Part shown: positions 36,046-45,392 of the stretch, one piece after another
Position numbering within the stretch: position 1 is the stretch's first letter
How the letters are laid out: every line of letters starts with the position of its first letter
Assembly (NCBI GenBank): GCA_016715995.1
Contig: JADJXF010000018.1
Span: 3,850 to 67,849 of the forward strand
DNA: 64,000 nt
DNA from: Flavobacteriales bacterium
GTDB lineage: Bacteria; Bacteroidota; Bacteroidia; Flavobacteriales_F; PHOS-HE28
Direction: 5' to 3'
Translations under genes and position numbers: made by a program
The notes under the pieces: model-generated
Database searches by the model: none
Seen by the model: only the letters and a program-made list of their open reading frames with translations
Told to the model about the DNA's origin: nothing

Positions 36046-38034
36046 GTGCCCTCCCTCCGCATCCCTTCCCTCCTCGTGCTCCTGTGCATCGCCGCCACGG
36101 CGCATGCCCAGAGCCTGAGCAACGGCGGCTTCGAGGGCGCTTACACCAGCACCGCGCCGAGCTGGTTCGCCATCACCTACGGCTCGCCACAGGCGCCTAG
36201 CGTGAGCTATGGCGCGGAGAGCGCGGTGGTACACGACGGCGCACGGTCGCAACGCATCACGGTGAACAGCCTCGGCGATGGCGCCACCCTGCTGGTGCAG
36301 ACCCTCAATCTCACGGCGGGGCGCACCTACGAAGGCAGCGTATGGCTGCGCGCGGCGGCGCCCATGACCGTGGCCTTCTACTTCCAGGAGCGCGTGCCCT
36401 ACTACTGGGTGCCGGCCATCGCGGTGGTGGACGTGGGCACCGAGTGGCAACAGGTAAGCATCCGCGGCGGCTACGACCGGATCGTAGGCACCGACGCCAC
36501 CACCATCCTCGCGCGTTTCGTGGTGCAGCCGCTAGGCACGGGCACGCTCTACGTGGACGATGCCGCTTTCGCGGACATCAGCACCGCGGTGCTGAACGCG
36601 CCGGTGGCGCTCACCGATAGCATACCGCCGCGCTACTTCGGCATGCACGTGAACAAGTGGGGCGTCCACCAGACCTGGCCGCCCACGGGACACGGCATGA
36701 TGCGCCTGTGGAATACCGGCACCACCTGGGCCATCATGGAGCCGTGGCAAGGCGCGCTGCTCGACCCGGACAATTGGATCTATGATTCCGGCGGCACATC
36801 GGGTTTCGGTTTCCGCATGGACTATTACGTGGACATGATCCAGGACCACGACCCCGCGATGGACATCGTGTACACCATGGGCAAGAGCCCCACGTGGGCC
36901 GCGCCGAACACCTGGCTGCCGCCCACGGACATCACGTGGTGGCAGGACTACGCCGCGATCATGGGCCAGCGCTACCAAGGGCGCGTGCGCTATTGGGAGA
37001 TTTGGAACGAGGTGGACCAATTGGACTACGACGGCAGCCTGAGCGCCATGCAAGCGCTCACCGACAGCGCCGCCAGCACCTTGCGCGCCATCGATCCGGA
37101 GAACAGGATCCTCTCGCCGAACTTCACCGGTGCGGAGCAGCTCGCGCATTTCCTCAAGGCGGGCGGCGGCGACAACGTGGACATCATCAGCTGGCATCAC
37201 TACCCCAGCCGCATGCCCGAGGAGATGGTGCCGGAGATCATCGGCGTGCGCGACGTGATGGCGCGCAACGGTCAGGGCGACAAGCCGCTGTGGAACACCG
37301 AGGGCGCCGTGTCCTTCATGGACGGGCTGAACTTGTCCGTGGAAGAGCAAGCTGGTGCCGTGGCGCGCGCGTACTTGGTGCAATGGTCCTTTGGCGTGGA
37401 GAACTTCACCTGGTATTGCTGGGACATCTTCGGCGGCAACAACGACTACGTGGACCTGAGCCACTCGCTCACGCCATCGCAATACGACAGCATCACGCCG
37501 CCGGGCATCGCCTACCAGCAGACGGCGCTGTGGCTGAAGGGCGCCACCATGGCATCGCGCACCGTCGTCGACGGCGTGTGGACCATCGCGCTCACGCGTC
37601 CCGGCGGCTACCAAGGCTGGGTGGTCTGGCGGCCGGATGGTGCCGCAAGCTTCGACGTGCCTTCGGCGTGGGCCATCGGTTCCGTGCGCGACCTGACGGG
37701 CGGCATTGCGCCTTTCGGTGGCGGGGCGCTCAGCATCGGTGCATCGCCGCTGTTGCTGGAGCAAGGCAGCGTGAACGGCATAACGCAAGCATCCGAGTTA
37801 CCGCGCTGCACGATACTGCCGAACCCGATGCGCGATGGCTGCCATGTGCGCTGGAGTGCTCCCGGTGCTGCGGATGTGGAGCTGCGCGATGCGCTCGGGC
37901 ACACCGTGCGGCACTACCGCAACGCGCAGAGCAACTTGTTCGTGCCACGTGGCGACTTGCCCGCGGGTTGCTATACGATCGTGGTGCGCAGCGCTGGTGA
38001 AGTAGTGGGCACGGGGCGGGTGGTGATGCTGTGA
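36046..38034 (+). CDS. T9SS-secreted clan GH-A glycoside hydrolase (GH39/GH5-like) with an N-terminal CBM4/9-like module
   Basis: LSNGGFE...YVDDA module, WEIWNEVD (acid/base), PLWNTEG (nucleophile) and CTD PNPMRD...DLPAGCY. Confidence 0.82.
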   Translation: MPSLRIPSLLVLLCIAATAHAQSLSNGGFEGAYTSTAPSWFAITYGSPQAPSVSYGAESAVVHDGARSQRITVNSLGDGATLLVQTLNLTAGRTYEGSVWLRAAAPMTVAFYFQERVPYYWVPAIAVVDVGTEWQQVSIRGGYDRIVGTDATTILARFVVQPLGTGTLYVDDAAFADISTAVLNAPVALTDSIPPRYFGMHVNKWGVHQTWPPTGHGMMRLWNTGTTWAIMEPWQGALLDPDNWIYDSGGTSGFGFRMDYYVDMIQDHDPAMDIVYTMGKSPTWAAPNTWLPPTDITWWQDYAAIMGQRYQGRVRYWEIWNEVDQLDYDGSLSAMQALTDSAASTLRAIDPENRILSPNFTGAEQLAHFLKAGGGDNVDIISWHHYPSRMPEEMVPEIIGVRDVMARNGQGDKPLWNTEGAVSFMDGLNLSVEEQAGAVARAYLVQWSFGVENFTWYCWDIFGGNNDYVDLSHSLTPSQYDSITPPGIAYQQTALWLKGATMASRTVVDGVWTIALTRPGGYQGWVVWRPDGAASFDVPSAWAIGSVRDLTGGIAPFGGGALSIGASPLLLEQGSVNGITQASELPRCTILPNPMRDGCHVRWSAPGAADVELRDALGHTVRHYRNAQSNLFVPRGDLPAGCYTIVVRSAGEVVGTGRVVML

Positions 38035-38061
38035 GCGGACGCTGCGCGAGTGCGTGTTCCC

Positions 38062-40278
38062 CTACTCCTTTACCACGCGCGCAGTCGCGCCCTGCAAAAG
38101 CACCGTGTACACGCCCGTCGCCAGTCCCGGCAGCGGAATCCACTGCAGCCCGACCACCACACGCGCGCTGGCCACCTCGCGTCCGCCCGCATCGATCATG
38201 CGCAGCACACCGGCCTGCGGCGCGAAGAGCGGGAGCACATCGGTGAGCGGGCCTGCGCGGAAACAATCGCGCCCCACGGCTTCAATTCCGGTGGAGTTGT
38301 AGACGATGTCCGCCGAGTTGCTGTAGCAGCCATCGGCATCCACCACCAGCACGGTGTAGGTGCCGTTCTCGCTGGCGGTCCAGCTCTGCTGCGTGCCGCC
38401 GGGGATGAAAGCGCCGTTGAGGTACCACTGGTAACTCACGCCCGCCGGGGTCACGGTGAGCAGTGATCCGTCCTGTGTGATCACGGGCACGGCACCGAGC
38501 GTGGTCACCCCGAAGCCGGAACTGTAGCTGAAGTACGCATCGCTCACCGTGAGGGTGATGGCAGCGGTGCCCGGAATGTTGTCCGTGAGGCTGCTGATGC
38601 TGATGGCGAAAGTGGTGGCGTTTAACTGCTGCACGCTGATGTCGGCATCGTCCACCACGGCCTGGTCGCTGCTGGTGACGATGGGACTGCCCACGGGCAC
38701 ACCGGCATTGGTCACCAGCACGTTCACCGCTGCCATGCCGATGTCGCGGCAGAAGGGCGGCGGGAACGGCAGGGTGAAGACCGCGTCGTCGTCGCGGTTC
38801 GTCACCGCGAAGAGCTTCGGCCCCATGGCAGCGTACGCGGGGTCTGCAGTGGCCCCGTTCATCGTGGCCACCAGCGAGAGGTTGATGTCGCCGTCGTCGA
38901 GCGGATCATCGAGGCCCGTCACGGTAACGTTCTGCGGCACATTCCAGTTACCGCTGGTGAAGGTCATCTGCGCTATATCGATGCTGGCTTCCGTGGCATC
39001 GTTCACGCTGAGGTCCACCACCACATTGCCGGTGGGCTGGGTCCCCAGGCGCAGTTCCACCACGCCGGTGGTGCCGGTCTCATCCACCACCGTGGCGGTG
39101 TTGGTGCCGGCCTGCACACCGGGGAAGCTCACGCCGCTCCACACGCGCGCGTTGATGCCTTCCGTATCGCCCTGGAAGCCATTGCCCTCCCACACCACCA
39201 CGAAGCCGCCATCGGCGCGCTTCTCCACCGCCGGGTAGGCCTGCACGCCCGCAATGGTGGTGTTGAGCACCTGCACGCCGCTGTTCTGGAAGTTGTAGTT
39301 GCTGGCATAGAAGCCGCGCACGTTGTAGTTCTCGGTGTCGTTCAAGCTGGTCCAGGTGCCCATCACGGTCACGAAGTCGCCGTTGTCGAACAAGGCGCAC
39401 TCGCTGGTGTAGTAGGCGTAGCTGCTGCTGAAGGTGGTGAGGTTGTTGAGCAGCAGTGCGCCATTGCCGTCCAGGATCCACACCTTGAACACATCGGTGC
39501 CGTTCACGCCCCACTTGGTGCTGATGAGGATTTCGTCGCTGGCGTTGGTGCTCACGTCGATGCAGTTGAGCGAGCTGTTCTGCTCGTACACCAGCGTCTC
39601 GTTGGTCTGCGCGAGCAGGTCGGCATCGAAGGTCTTGCGGTAGATGCGCTGCGGATAGTTGCCGCGACCGAAGATGGCCATCAGCGTACCGTCGCTCTTG
39701 TAGCGGATGTTCGGGTGCTCGTAATCGTTGTTGGGGTCCTCCGTCACCAGCACGGCCGGGCCGGTGAAGCTGTTGATGCCCAGGTCGTAGTTGCGGATGT
39801 TGAGCACGTCGTTGCCCGAGCCGTAGAGCATGGTGAGCGTGTTGCCGCGGATCGCGAGGTCCCAAAGGCCGCCGCCGCCGAGGTTCACCGTGGCACCTAG
39901 GGTGTTGTCCGCTTCCAGCACGCGCATGTAGAGCCCCGATGCGGTGTTCCAGGCGATGATGAAGCGGCCGGCGGTCCAGTAGTACACCTTCACCACATAG
40001 GTCTCCTGGTAATTGCTGCCCGTGGCCACCAGCAGTTCGCTGCTGATGGCGATGTGCGCGCTGTTGTAACGCCGGAAGTAGATGCTCGCCGTGTTGTCGT
40101 CCTGCATCCAGCTCTTCCACACCACCACGTAGTCGTCGCTGGGGCCCATGGCCAGCTGTGGTAGGAACTGCTCACTGGGTACGTTCTGGTTCACACGGAA
40201 CTCGTTCGTGACCGGGTTGAAGATCTGCGCACTGGCGACAGTAGGCAGAAGGGCAAGGAGGACGGGGATGCGGCGCAT
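38062..40278 (-). CDS. T9SS-secreted surface protein (EFRVN/VLNTT propeller repeats, Calx-beta-like domain, CTD)
   Basis: EFRVNQ...QFLP...YVVVW, VLNTTIAGVQAYP...FVVVW, TFTSGNWNVPQNVTVTG and CTD GLATGVYTV. Confidence 0.8.
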   Translation of the reverse strand: MRRIPVLLALLPTVASAQIFNPVTNEFRVNQNVPSEQFLPQLAMGPSDDYVVVWKSWMQDDNTASIYFRRYNSAHIAISSELLVATGSNYQETYVVKVYYWTAGRFIIAWNTASGLYMRVLEADNTLGATVNLGGGGLWDLAIRGNTLTMLYGSGNDVLNIRNYDLGINSFTGPAVLVTEDPNNDYEHPNIRYKSDGTLMAIFGRGNYPQRIYRKTFDADLLAQTNETLVYEQNSSLNCIDVSTNASDEILISTKWGVNGTDVFKVWILDGNGALLLNNLTTFSSSYAYYTSECALFDNGDFVTVMGTWTSLNDTENYNVRGFYASNYNFQNSGVQVLNTTIAGVQAYPAVEKRADGGFVVVWEGNGFQGDTEGINARVWSGVSFPGVQAGTNTATVVDETGTTGVVELRLGTQPTGNVVVDLSVNDATEASIDIAQMTFTSGNWNVPQNVTVTGLDDPLDDGDINLSLVATMNGATADPAYAAMGPKLFAVTNRDDDAVFTLPFPPPFCRDIGMAAVNVLVTNAGVPVGSPIVTSSDQAVVDDADISVQQLNATTFAISISSLTDNIPGTAAITLTVSDAYFSYSSGFGVTTLGAVPVITQDGSLLTVTPAGVSYQWYLNGAFIPGGTQQSWTASENGTYTVLVVDADGCYSNSADIVYNSTGIEAVGRDCFRAGPLTDVLPLFAPQAGVLRMIDAGGREVASARVVVGLQWIPLPGLATGVYTVLLQGATARVVKE

Positions 40279-40328
40279 GGCGGTTGGAAAGCCCGCAAGT
40301 TCGGATTTCCCTCTGCACCGACCTTCCG

Positions 40329-41678
40329 CTACTTCACCCTCTCCTTCGCCTCCTCCAGCGACGGCGCCTGGTTCCCGTTCCAGATGCCCATCACGCGGCC
40401 CTGCTTCAATAGCAGGAGGCCGGGGTTGGCGCGCGCCATGGTCTTGATCACCTTCTCGTCGCCCTGCGCGAAGGGGAAAGCCAGTTGGTGCTCGTGCTTG
40501 AACTGCTCGATGTCGTCCCAGCCGTTGGCGCTCATGCCGTATACGAACCAGCCGGCCGCCTCGGCATCGGCGGCCAGCTTGGCGATGGCGGGCATGTTGC
40601 CGGTGTCGGTCTTCTTCACGTTGTAGCAGAGCACCAGCAGCACCGGATTGGCCTCGCTGAGGATGTCGTTCGTGAGATCATAGCCATCGCGGTCGGTGAG
40701 GCGGAAGTCCTGCACCTGCGATTCCACGCCGGGTTCCACCTCCACGACGCGGTTGCTGTTCTCCACCATCACGTAGGTACTATCGTTCCACGGGTATGGC
40801 CCGCTGGTGTCATACTCCTTCACCTCGCCGGTGCGGGTGTTCTTGTAGCTGAGGAAGACGCTGTTCACCGGCGGCTTGGCCTCGGCCTTCTGCTCGCTGA
40901 TGCTCCTGCCCACGGCGTAGGGGCGGTAATCGCGCACGGGCAGGTGCGCATAGCACCACCATGTGAAGGCGAAGGTGATGAGGGCGATCCAGCCCGCTGT
41001 GGCCCATTCGGCCTTGAAGCCCTGCACGCGGCGCTTGAGGATGGCATAGCCCAGGAAGCCGACGAGTGTGAACCACACCGGGCCCCACCACGTGAAGATC
41101 CAACTCCAAACGGCAACGAGCAGCAGGCCGCCCGGGAGCAGGACCATGTCGTCGGCCTTGCTGTTCCACATAGTCTCCTCGCGACGCAGCGCGGTGAAGA
41201 GGATGGGCAGCAGCAGCACGAAGAGGATGGCGTCCTTGTAGAAGCTTTCCCATGGGGTGAGGCTGCGGCCCACGCTGCCCTTCATGGCATCGCCGAAGCA
41301 GCCGCAGTCGGTGACGCAGGTGACGCTGCGCTCCTCGCTGACGCCGTTCACCACCACGGCGTAAGTGCCGTGCGGGTCGCAGGTGGCCGTGTAGAGCGTG
41401 AGCCAGCCGAAGAAGACCGTGAGCACGAAGAGGGCGATGCTGGCCAGCTTCAAGCGTCCGCCGAAGAGCACCGCGAAGCCCAGCACCACTTCGGCCAGGC
41501 AGGCCAGGATGGCCAGGGCCATCGCGTAGGGCGCGAAGCCGGGCAGGTTCAGCGCGCTCTCAGCGAAGTACTCCTCCAATTTGTAGGAGAAGCCGAGCGG
41601 GTCGTTGGCCTTGATGAGGCCGCTGACGATGAAGAGCGAGCCGACGATGAGGCGGCAGAAGAGGACGAGCGCGCGCAT
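40329..41678 (-). CDS. BT_3928 family protein (DoxX/MauE membrane domain + thioredoxin-like domain)
   Basis: FIVSGLIKANDPLGFSYKLEEYF, CVTDCGCFGDA, SFYKD, DYRPYAVG and TMARANPG. Confidence 0.9.
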   Translation of the reverse strand: MRALVLFCRLIVGSLFIVSGLIKANDPLGFSYKLEEYFAESALNLPGFAPYAMALAILACLAEVVLGFAVLFGGRLKLASIALFVLTVFFGWLTLYTATCDPHGTYAVVVNGVSEERSVTCVTDCGCFGDAMKGSVGRSLTPWESFYKDAILFVLLLPILFTALRREETMWNSKADDMVLLPGGLLLVAVWSWIFTWWGPVWFTLVGFLGYAILKRRVQGFKAEWATAGWIALITFAFTWWCYAHLPVRDYRPYAVGRSISEQKAEAKPPVNSVFLSYKNTRTGEVKEYDTSGPYPWNDSTYVMVENSNRVVEVEPGVESQVQDFRLTDRDGYDLTNDILSEANPVLLVLCYNVKKTDTGNMPAIAKLAADAEAAGWFVYGMSANGWDDIEQFKHEHQLAFPFAQGDEKVIKTMARANPGLLLLKQGRVMGIWNGNQAPSLEEAKERVK

Positions 41679-41766
41679 GCGGTGCGGATTTTCGGGTGGC
41701 GCCGAAGATAGACGGCGGTGCACCGGGGGGTCATGCCCTTAACATCCGATCAACACCATCCAGGAA

Positions 41767-42279
41767 TCACGGATGCTTCGCCAGCAGCGGATCGCGGCGC
41801 AGCATCACCTCGGCGTAGAGGCGCGCGGCCTCGGGCAGGATGCGCTCTTCGTATTCCTTATTCCAGCTGAGGTAGCCGGTCATGGGGGTGAAGCGCGCGA
41901 GGCCCATGGGCATGTCGAAGAAGGAGAGGTCGAGGCCAGCGACCCGCTCGAAGAGGGTCATCTCCACCTCCACGTCCTTCACGCTGTGGTCGTCCTCCCA
42001 GGCCGGGCCGTGGGTGTCGATGCCGAAGCATTTGGTGACGCGGCCCGGCAGCGAGAAGCGTATGACGTATTGCGCGCCGTTGTCGAGCGTGATGCCGTAA
42101 TGCCCGCCAGCACCGGTGTGCAGCACGTGCTGCTTCACGCCGTCCTTGTACACGCGCACGAGCGCCTCGGCGATCGGCTGCCGCGTGGCGGCATCGGTGA
42201 CCGTGCCGCGGACGTGCAGCCGCGCGGCGCTCGCCTGGAGGGCGACGAGGGACAGGGCAAGGATGCCGAGCGCTTTCAT
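41767..42279 (-). CDS. Exported protein with a carboxypeptidase-regulatory-like beta-sandwich
   Basis: Signal peptide, VRGTVTDAATRQPI...G.Y...L..G..Y and VEMTLFE. Confidence 0.7.
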   Translation of the reverse strand: MKALGILALSLVALQASAARLHVRGTVTDAATRQPIAEALVRVYKDGVKQHVLHTGAGGHYGITLDNGAQYVIRFSLPGRVTKCFGIDTHGPAWEDDHSVKDVEVEMTLFERVAGLDLSFFDMPMGLARFTPMTGYLSWNKEYEERILPEAARLYAEVMLRRDPLLAKHP

Positions 42280-42432
42280 GGCAGGAAGGTTCAGAGGCGC
42301 GCCCGGTCCGTCGTGGTAAGCGTTCCGGCTCAGGCGGAGGGCGAACCTATCCGGAACGGGGTGCGGGGGGATTGAGACGAACGACCGACCTGCCAACAAG
42401 GCGATGTGAATAGCGCGGTTAACTTGGCCAGC

Positions 42433-42906
42433 ATGACCCGCTACGCCCTGCTCCCTTTCGTGGTGTGCCTCTCGACCACCGCCGTTGCGCAATCAACGCC
42501 TGAACAAGATGTCTTGACCACCCTCGACCGCTTCTTCGCCGCGATGACCGCGCGCGACACCGCAGCCATGGCGGCCACCATCCTCCGCGACGGTGACCTT
42601 CACATCGCTTCCCACCTCGGCGGTGAGCCGGCTCGAACAGTATCCTTCGGAATCTACCTGACGAAGCTCGCACAAGGCAAGGAGCGCTTCGTGGAGCGCT
42701 ATTGGGGTGCCACGGTCCGAGTGGACGGGCCGCTGGCCACGGCCACGATGCCCTATGATTTCCATGTGGATGGTGCGTTCTCGCACTGCGGCATCGACGT
42801 GGCCACGCTGGTGAAGGGACCCGATGGCTGGCGCATCGCCTCGGTGGCCTACACGCGTCAGACCGAAGGATGCCCGCCCAGCCCGCTGGGACCATACAAG
42901 CCCTAG
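42433..42906 (+). CDS. NTF2/SnoaL-like (DUF4440) exported protein
   Basis: Signal peptide, LDRFFAAMTARD, VDGPLATATMPYDF...SHCGID...GWRI. Confidence 0.8.
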   Translation: MTRYALLPFVVCLSTTAVAQSTPEQDVLTTLDRFFAAMTARDTAAMAATILRDGDLHIASHLGGEPARTVSFGIYLTKLAQGKERFVERYWGATVRVDGPLATATMPYDFHVDGAFSHCGIDVATLVKGPDGWRIASVAYTRQTEGCPPSPLGPYKP

Positions 42907-43448
42907 CCTTTCCCCTCTTCCAGCTGGATCATCGCGAAAACGGCGTAGTTCACGATGTCGAGGAAGTTGGCGTCGATGCCCTCGCTCACGAGGGTGGCAC
43001 CCTGATTGTCCTCGATGCTCTTGATGCGCAGCAGCTTCATGAGGATGAGGTCCACCAGCGAGCTCACGCGCATGCTGCGCCAGGCCTCGCCGTAATCGTG
43101 GTTCTTGCGCAGCATGAGGTCGCGGGCCTTGCGCTGCTGTTCCAGCACGCGGGTTGCCGCTTCCTCCGCGCCGAGGTCCGGTGCTTCCACCACGCCGAGC
43201 TCCAGCTGCACCAAGGCCATGGCGGCGTAGTTGATGATGCCGATGAGCTCCGGGCGGATCCCTTCGCCCACCTTGCTCTCCCCCACCTCCTGCAATGTGC
43301 GGATGCGCTGGGCCTTGATCATGATCTGATCGGTGAGCGAGGGCACGCGCAGGATGCGCCAGGCCGTGCCGTAGTCCTTCGCCTTCTTCAGGAAGAGGGC
43401 ATGGCACTCACCGATGACGGCGTCGTACTGGCGGAGGGTCTGTTCCAT
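42903..43448 (-). CDS. DUF1599 domain protein
   Basis: Tandem KAKDYGTAWRILR and KNHDYGEAWR repeats, DIVNYAVF. Confidence 0.9.
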   Translation of the reverse strand: MEQTLRQYDAVIGECHALFLKKAKDYGTAWRILRVPSLTDQIMIKAQRIRTLQEVGESKVGEGIRPELIGIINYAAMALVQLELGVVEAPDLGAEEAATRVLEQQRKARDLMLRKNHDYGEAWRSMRVSSLVDLILMKLLRIKSIEDNQGATLVSEGIDANFLDIVNYAVFAMIQLEEGKG

Positions 43449-43476
43449 GCGCGCGGCAGCCGATCTTCGGCCCGTG

Positions 43477-44334
43477 ATGGCGGGCGAAAGTAGCGCGGAG
43501 CGCGCGGTGACATGGCGCATCAAGGACCGGCTGGTGACCATGCCGTTGCCTGCGGTGATGGGCATCCTCAACGCCACGCCCGATTCCTTCCATGCCGCCA
43601 GCCGCGTCGGTGTTGACGACGCGCTGCGCATGGCCGAGCGCATGCTCGATGAAGGAGCTTCCATCCTGGACATCGGCGGTGCCAGCTCGCGTCCCGGCGC
43701 AGTGGAGGTGAGCGAGGCAGAGGAGATGCGCCGGGTCCTTCCCGTGGTGGAAGCGGTTCATGCGCGCTTTCCGGAGGCGGTGCTCAGCATCGACACCTAC
43801 CGGTTTGGCGTAGCGCGCCAGGCCGTGACTGCCGGCGCCGGAATGGTGAACGACATCGGCGCGGGCCTGCTCGACCCCGCCATGCTCAGCACCGTGGCAT
43901 CATTGCACGTCCCTTACATCCCTATGCACATGCAGGGGACGCCACGCACCATGCAGCAGGACCCGCGCTATGCTGATGTGGTGGGCGAAGTCGTGTACTT
44001 CCTCAGCGCGCGGTTGGACGCCGCGCGCGCGGCCGGCATCCCGGACGTGATCATCGACCCCGGCTTCGGCTTCGGCAAGAACACCATCCACAACTACGCC
44101 TTACTGAACGGGCTGGCCTCCATCACGGCATTGGGTACGCCGGTGCTGGTCGGATTATCGCGCAAGCGCATGATCAACGAGGTGCTGGGCATCGCGCCGG
44201 AAGAGGCGCTCAACGGCACCACCGCGCTCAACACCATTGCCCTGCTGAAGGGTGCGGCCATCCTGCGGGTGCATGATGTGCGAGAGGCCGTGCAATGCGC
44301 ACGCCTGGTGGGCGCGCTGCGCGGTCAGAAGTAA
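43477..44334 (+). CDS. folP: Dihydropteroate synthase
   Basis: VMGILNATPDSF, DIGGASSRPG, SIDT, IIDPGFGFGK, GLSRK and LRVHDV. The start codon is uncertain (43447, 43477 or later). Confidence 0.95.
   Translation: MAGESSAERAVTWRIKDRLVTMPLPAVMGILNATPDSFHAASRVGVDDALRMAERMLDEGASILDIGGASSRPGAVEVSEAEEMRRVLPVVEAVHARFPEAVLSIDTYRFGVARQAVTAGAGMVNDIGAGLLDPAMLSTVASLHVPYIPMHMQGTPRTMQQDPRYADVVGEVVYFLSARLDAARAAGIPDVIIDPGFGFGKNTIHNYALLNGLASITALGTPVLVGLSRKRMINEVLGIAPEEALNGTTALNTIALLKGAAILRVHDVREAVQCARLVGALRGQK
43485..43492 (-). promoter_or_regulatory. Bacteroidota -7 promoter-like element (TACTTTCG)
   Basis: Located 36 nt upstream of the DUF1599 ATG. Confidence 0.4.
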
Positions 44335-44909
44335 ACGCGCCTGCGCTTCTTGTGCCGCGTCGAGCGCTTGTCGAGCATCGCCTGCTTCTTCAGGTCGGCG
44401 ATGGCGCGCTCATAGAGCACCATCACCCGGCCGATGGCGGCCTGCCGCGCCTCGGTGAAGGTGATGTCCCAGTTCAGGTTGCGCACGCTGTGCTTGTAGG
44501 CCGCCAGCGCCACCGGCTCGTCGAAGGTGCTGAAGTCGAAATCAGCGATCAGCTCGAACATCGTCATCTGCACGTCCATGTCGTAGAACGGCACATCGGG
44601 GAACAGCGGGATCTCGCGCGCATCGATGCGGACATACTTGGGCACGAGGTCTTCGCGGTAGTACCACACCTGGTAATCGTAGCCGCGCTCCAGGAACATC
44701 TCGTACTCACCCTTCCCGTTGGTGAAGACCGTCTCGCGCTCTACGCTGTCCTTCACCAGGCGCACCTGCACGCTCTTCATGCCATCGCCGGAGAAGAACT
44801 CCGTCACCAGCCCATGCAGCCGGATGTGGAAGGCCCCGGCCTCGTGCACACCCATCAATGCGATCGCAGCGCTCAGCACGATTCGCAGCACACGGTTCCG
44901 TTCAATCAT
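44325..44909 (-). CDS. Exported hypothetical protein, paralog of 41767-42279
   Basis: Signal peptide, LHGLVTE...GKGEYEMFLERGYDY and VQMTMFELIADFDFSTFDEPVALA. Confidence 0.65.
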   Translation of the reverse strand: MIERNRVLRIVLSAAIALMGVHEAGAFHIRLHGLVTEFFSGDGMKSVQVRLVKDSVERETVFTNGKGEYEMFLERGYDYQVWYYREDLVPKYVRIDAREIPLFPDVPFYDMDVQMTMFELIADFDFSTFDEPVALAAYKHSVRNLNWDITFTEARQAAIGRVMVLYERAIADLKKQAMLDKRSTRHKKRRRVYF

Positions 44910-44988
44910 TCCTGCACCAAGGTATCGGGGTCGGCGGCGAAGTTGCGGAAAGTTCGACGGAGGCATCTTTGCGCCAAACGAACCGGCG

Positions 44989-45338
44989 ATGCTGCGCTCC
45001 CTGCGTGCCACTGAGAACTTCCACATCGTGCTCTGGCTTCTGAAGGATCTTTGCTGGGTGATGATCTGGAAGCCGCTCGGGCTGGCCATGTTCGTGCCCA
45101 CGCTGGCCATGGCACTGTGGATCGCCTGGCGCACACGCAAGGATCTGGGCGAGTTCCTGCACAGCCTGGCGGTGGTGTGCTGGATCATGGCCAACGGCAT
45201 CTGGATGATCACCGAGTTCTGGTTCACCGACGAGGACCGCTACCTCTCGCCGCGCCCTTCTTTATCGCGGGCTTGCTGGTCGTCGGATGGTACTACCTGG
45301 TGCTGCTCCCGCGACGGCGCCACGAGCCCAGCGCTTGA
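44989..45338 (+). CDS. Small membrane protein (frameshift near 45247)
   Basis: ENFHIVLWLLKDLCWVM...LAVVCWIMANGIWM. The last TM (AAPFFIAGLLVVGWYYL) is in the adjacent frame. Confidence 0.7.
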
Positions 45339-45392
45339 CATTGGGCTAACATCGCCCGGAGCACCACGGCTAACTTCGCCGGCCTTTCCAGC

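Noticed and set aside
29900-36050. tRNA, integrase or att sites at the borders of the low-GC patch
   Set aside because: No T-loop (GGTTCRANTCC) cloverleaf, recombinase ORF or long flanking direct repeat was found by eye.
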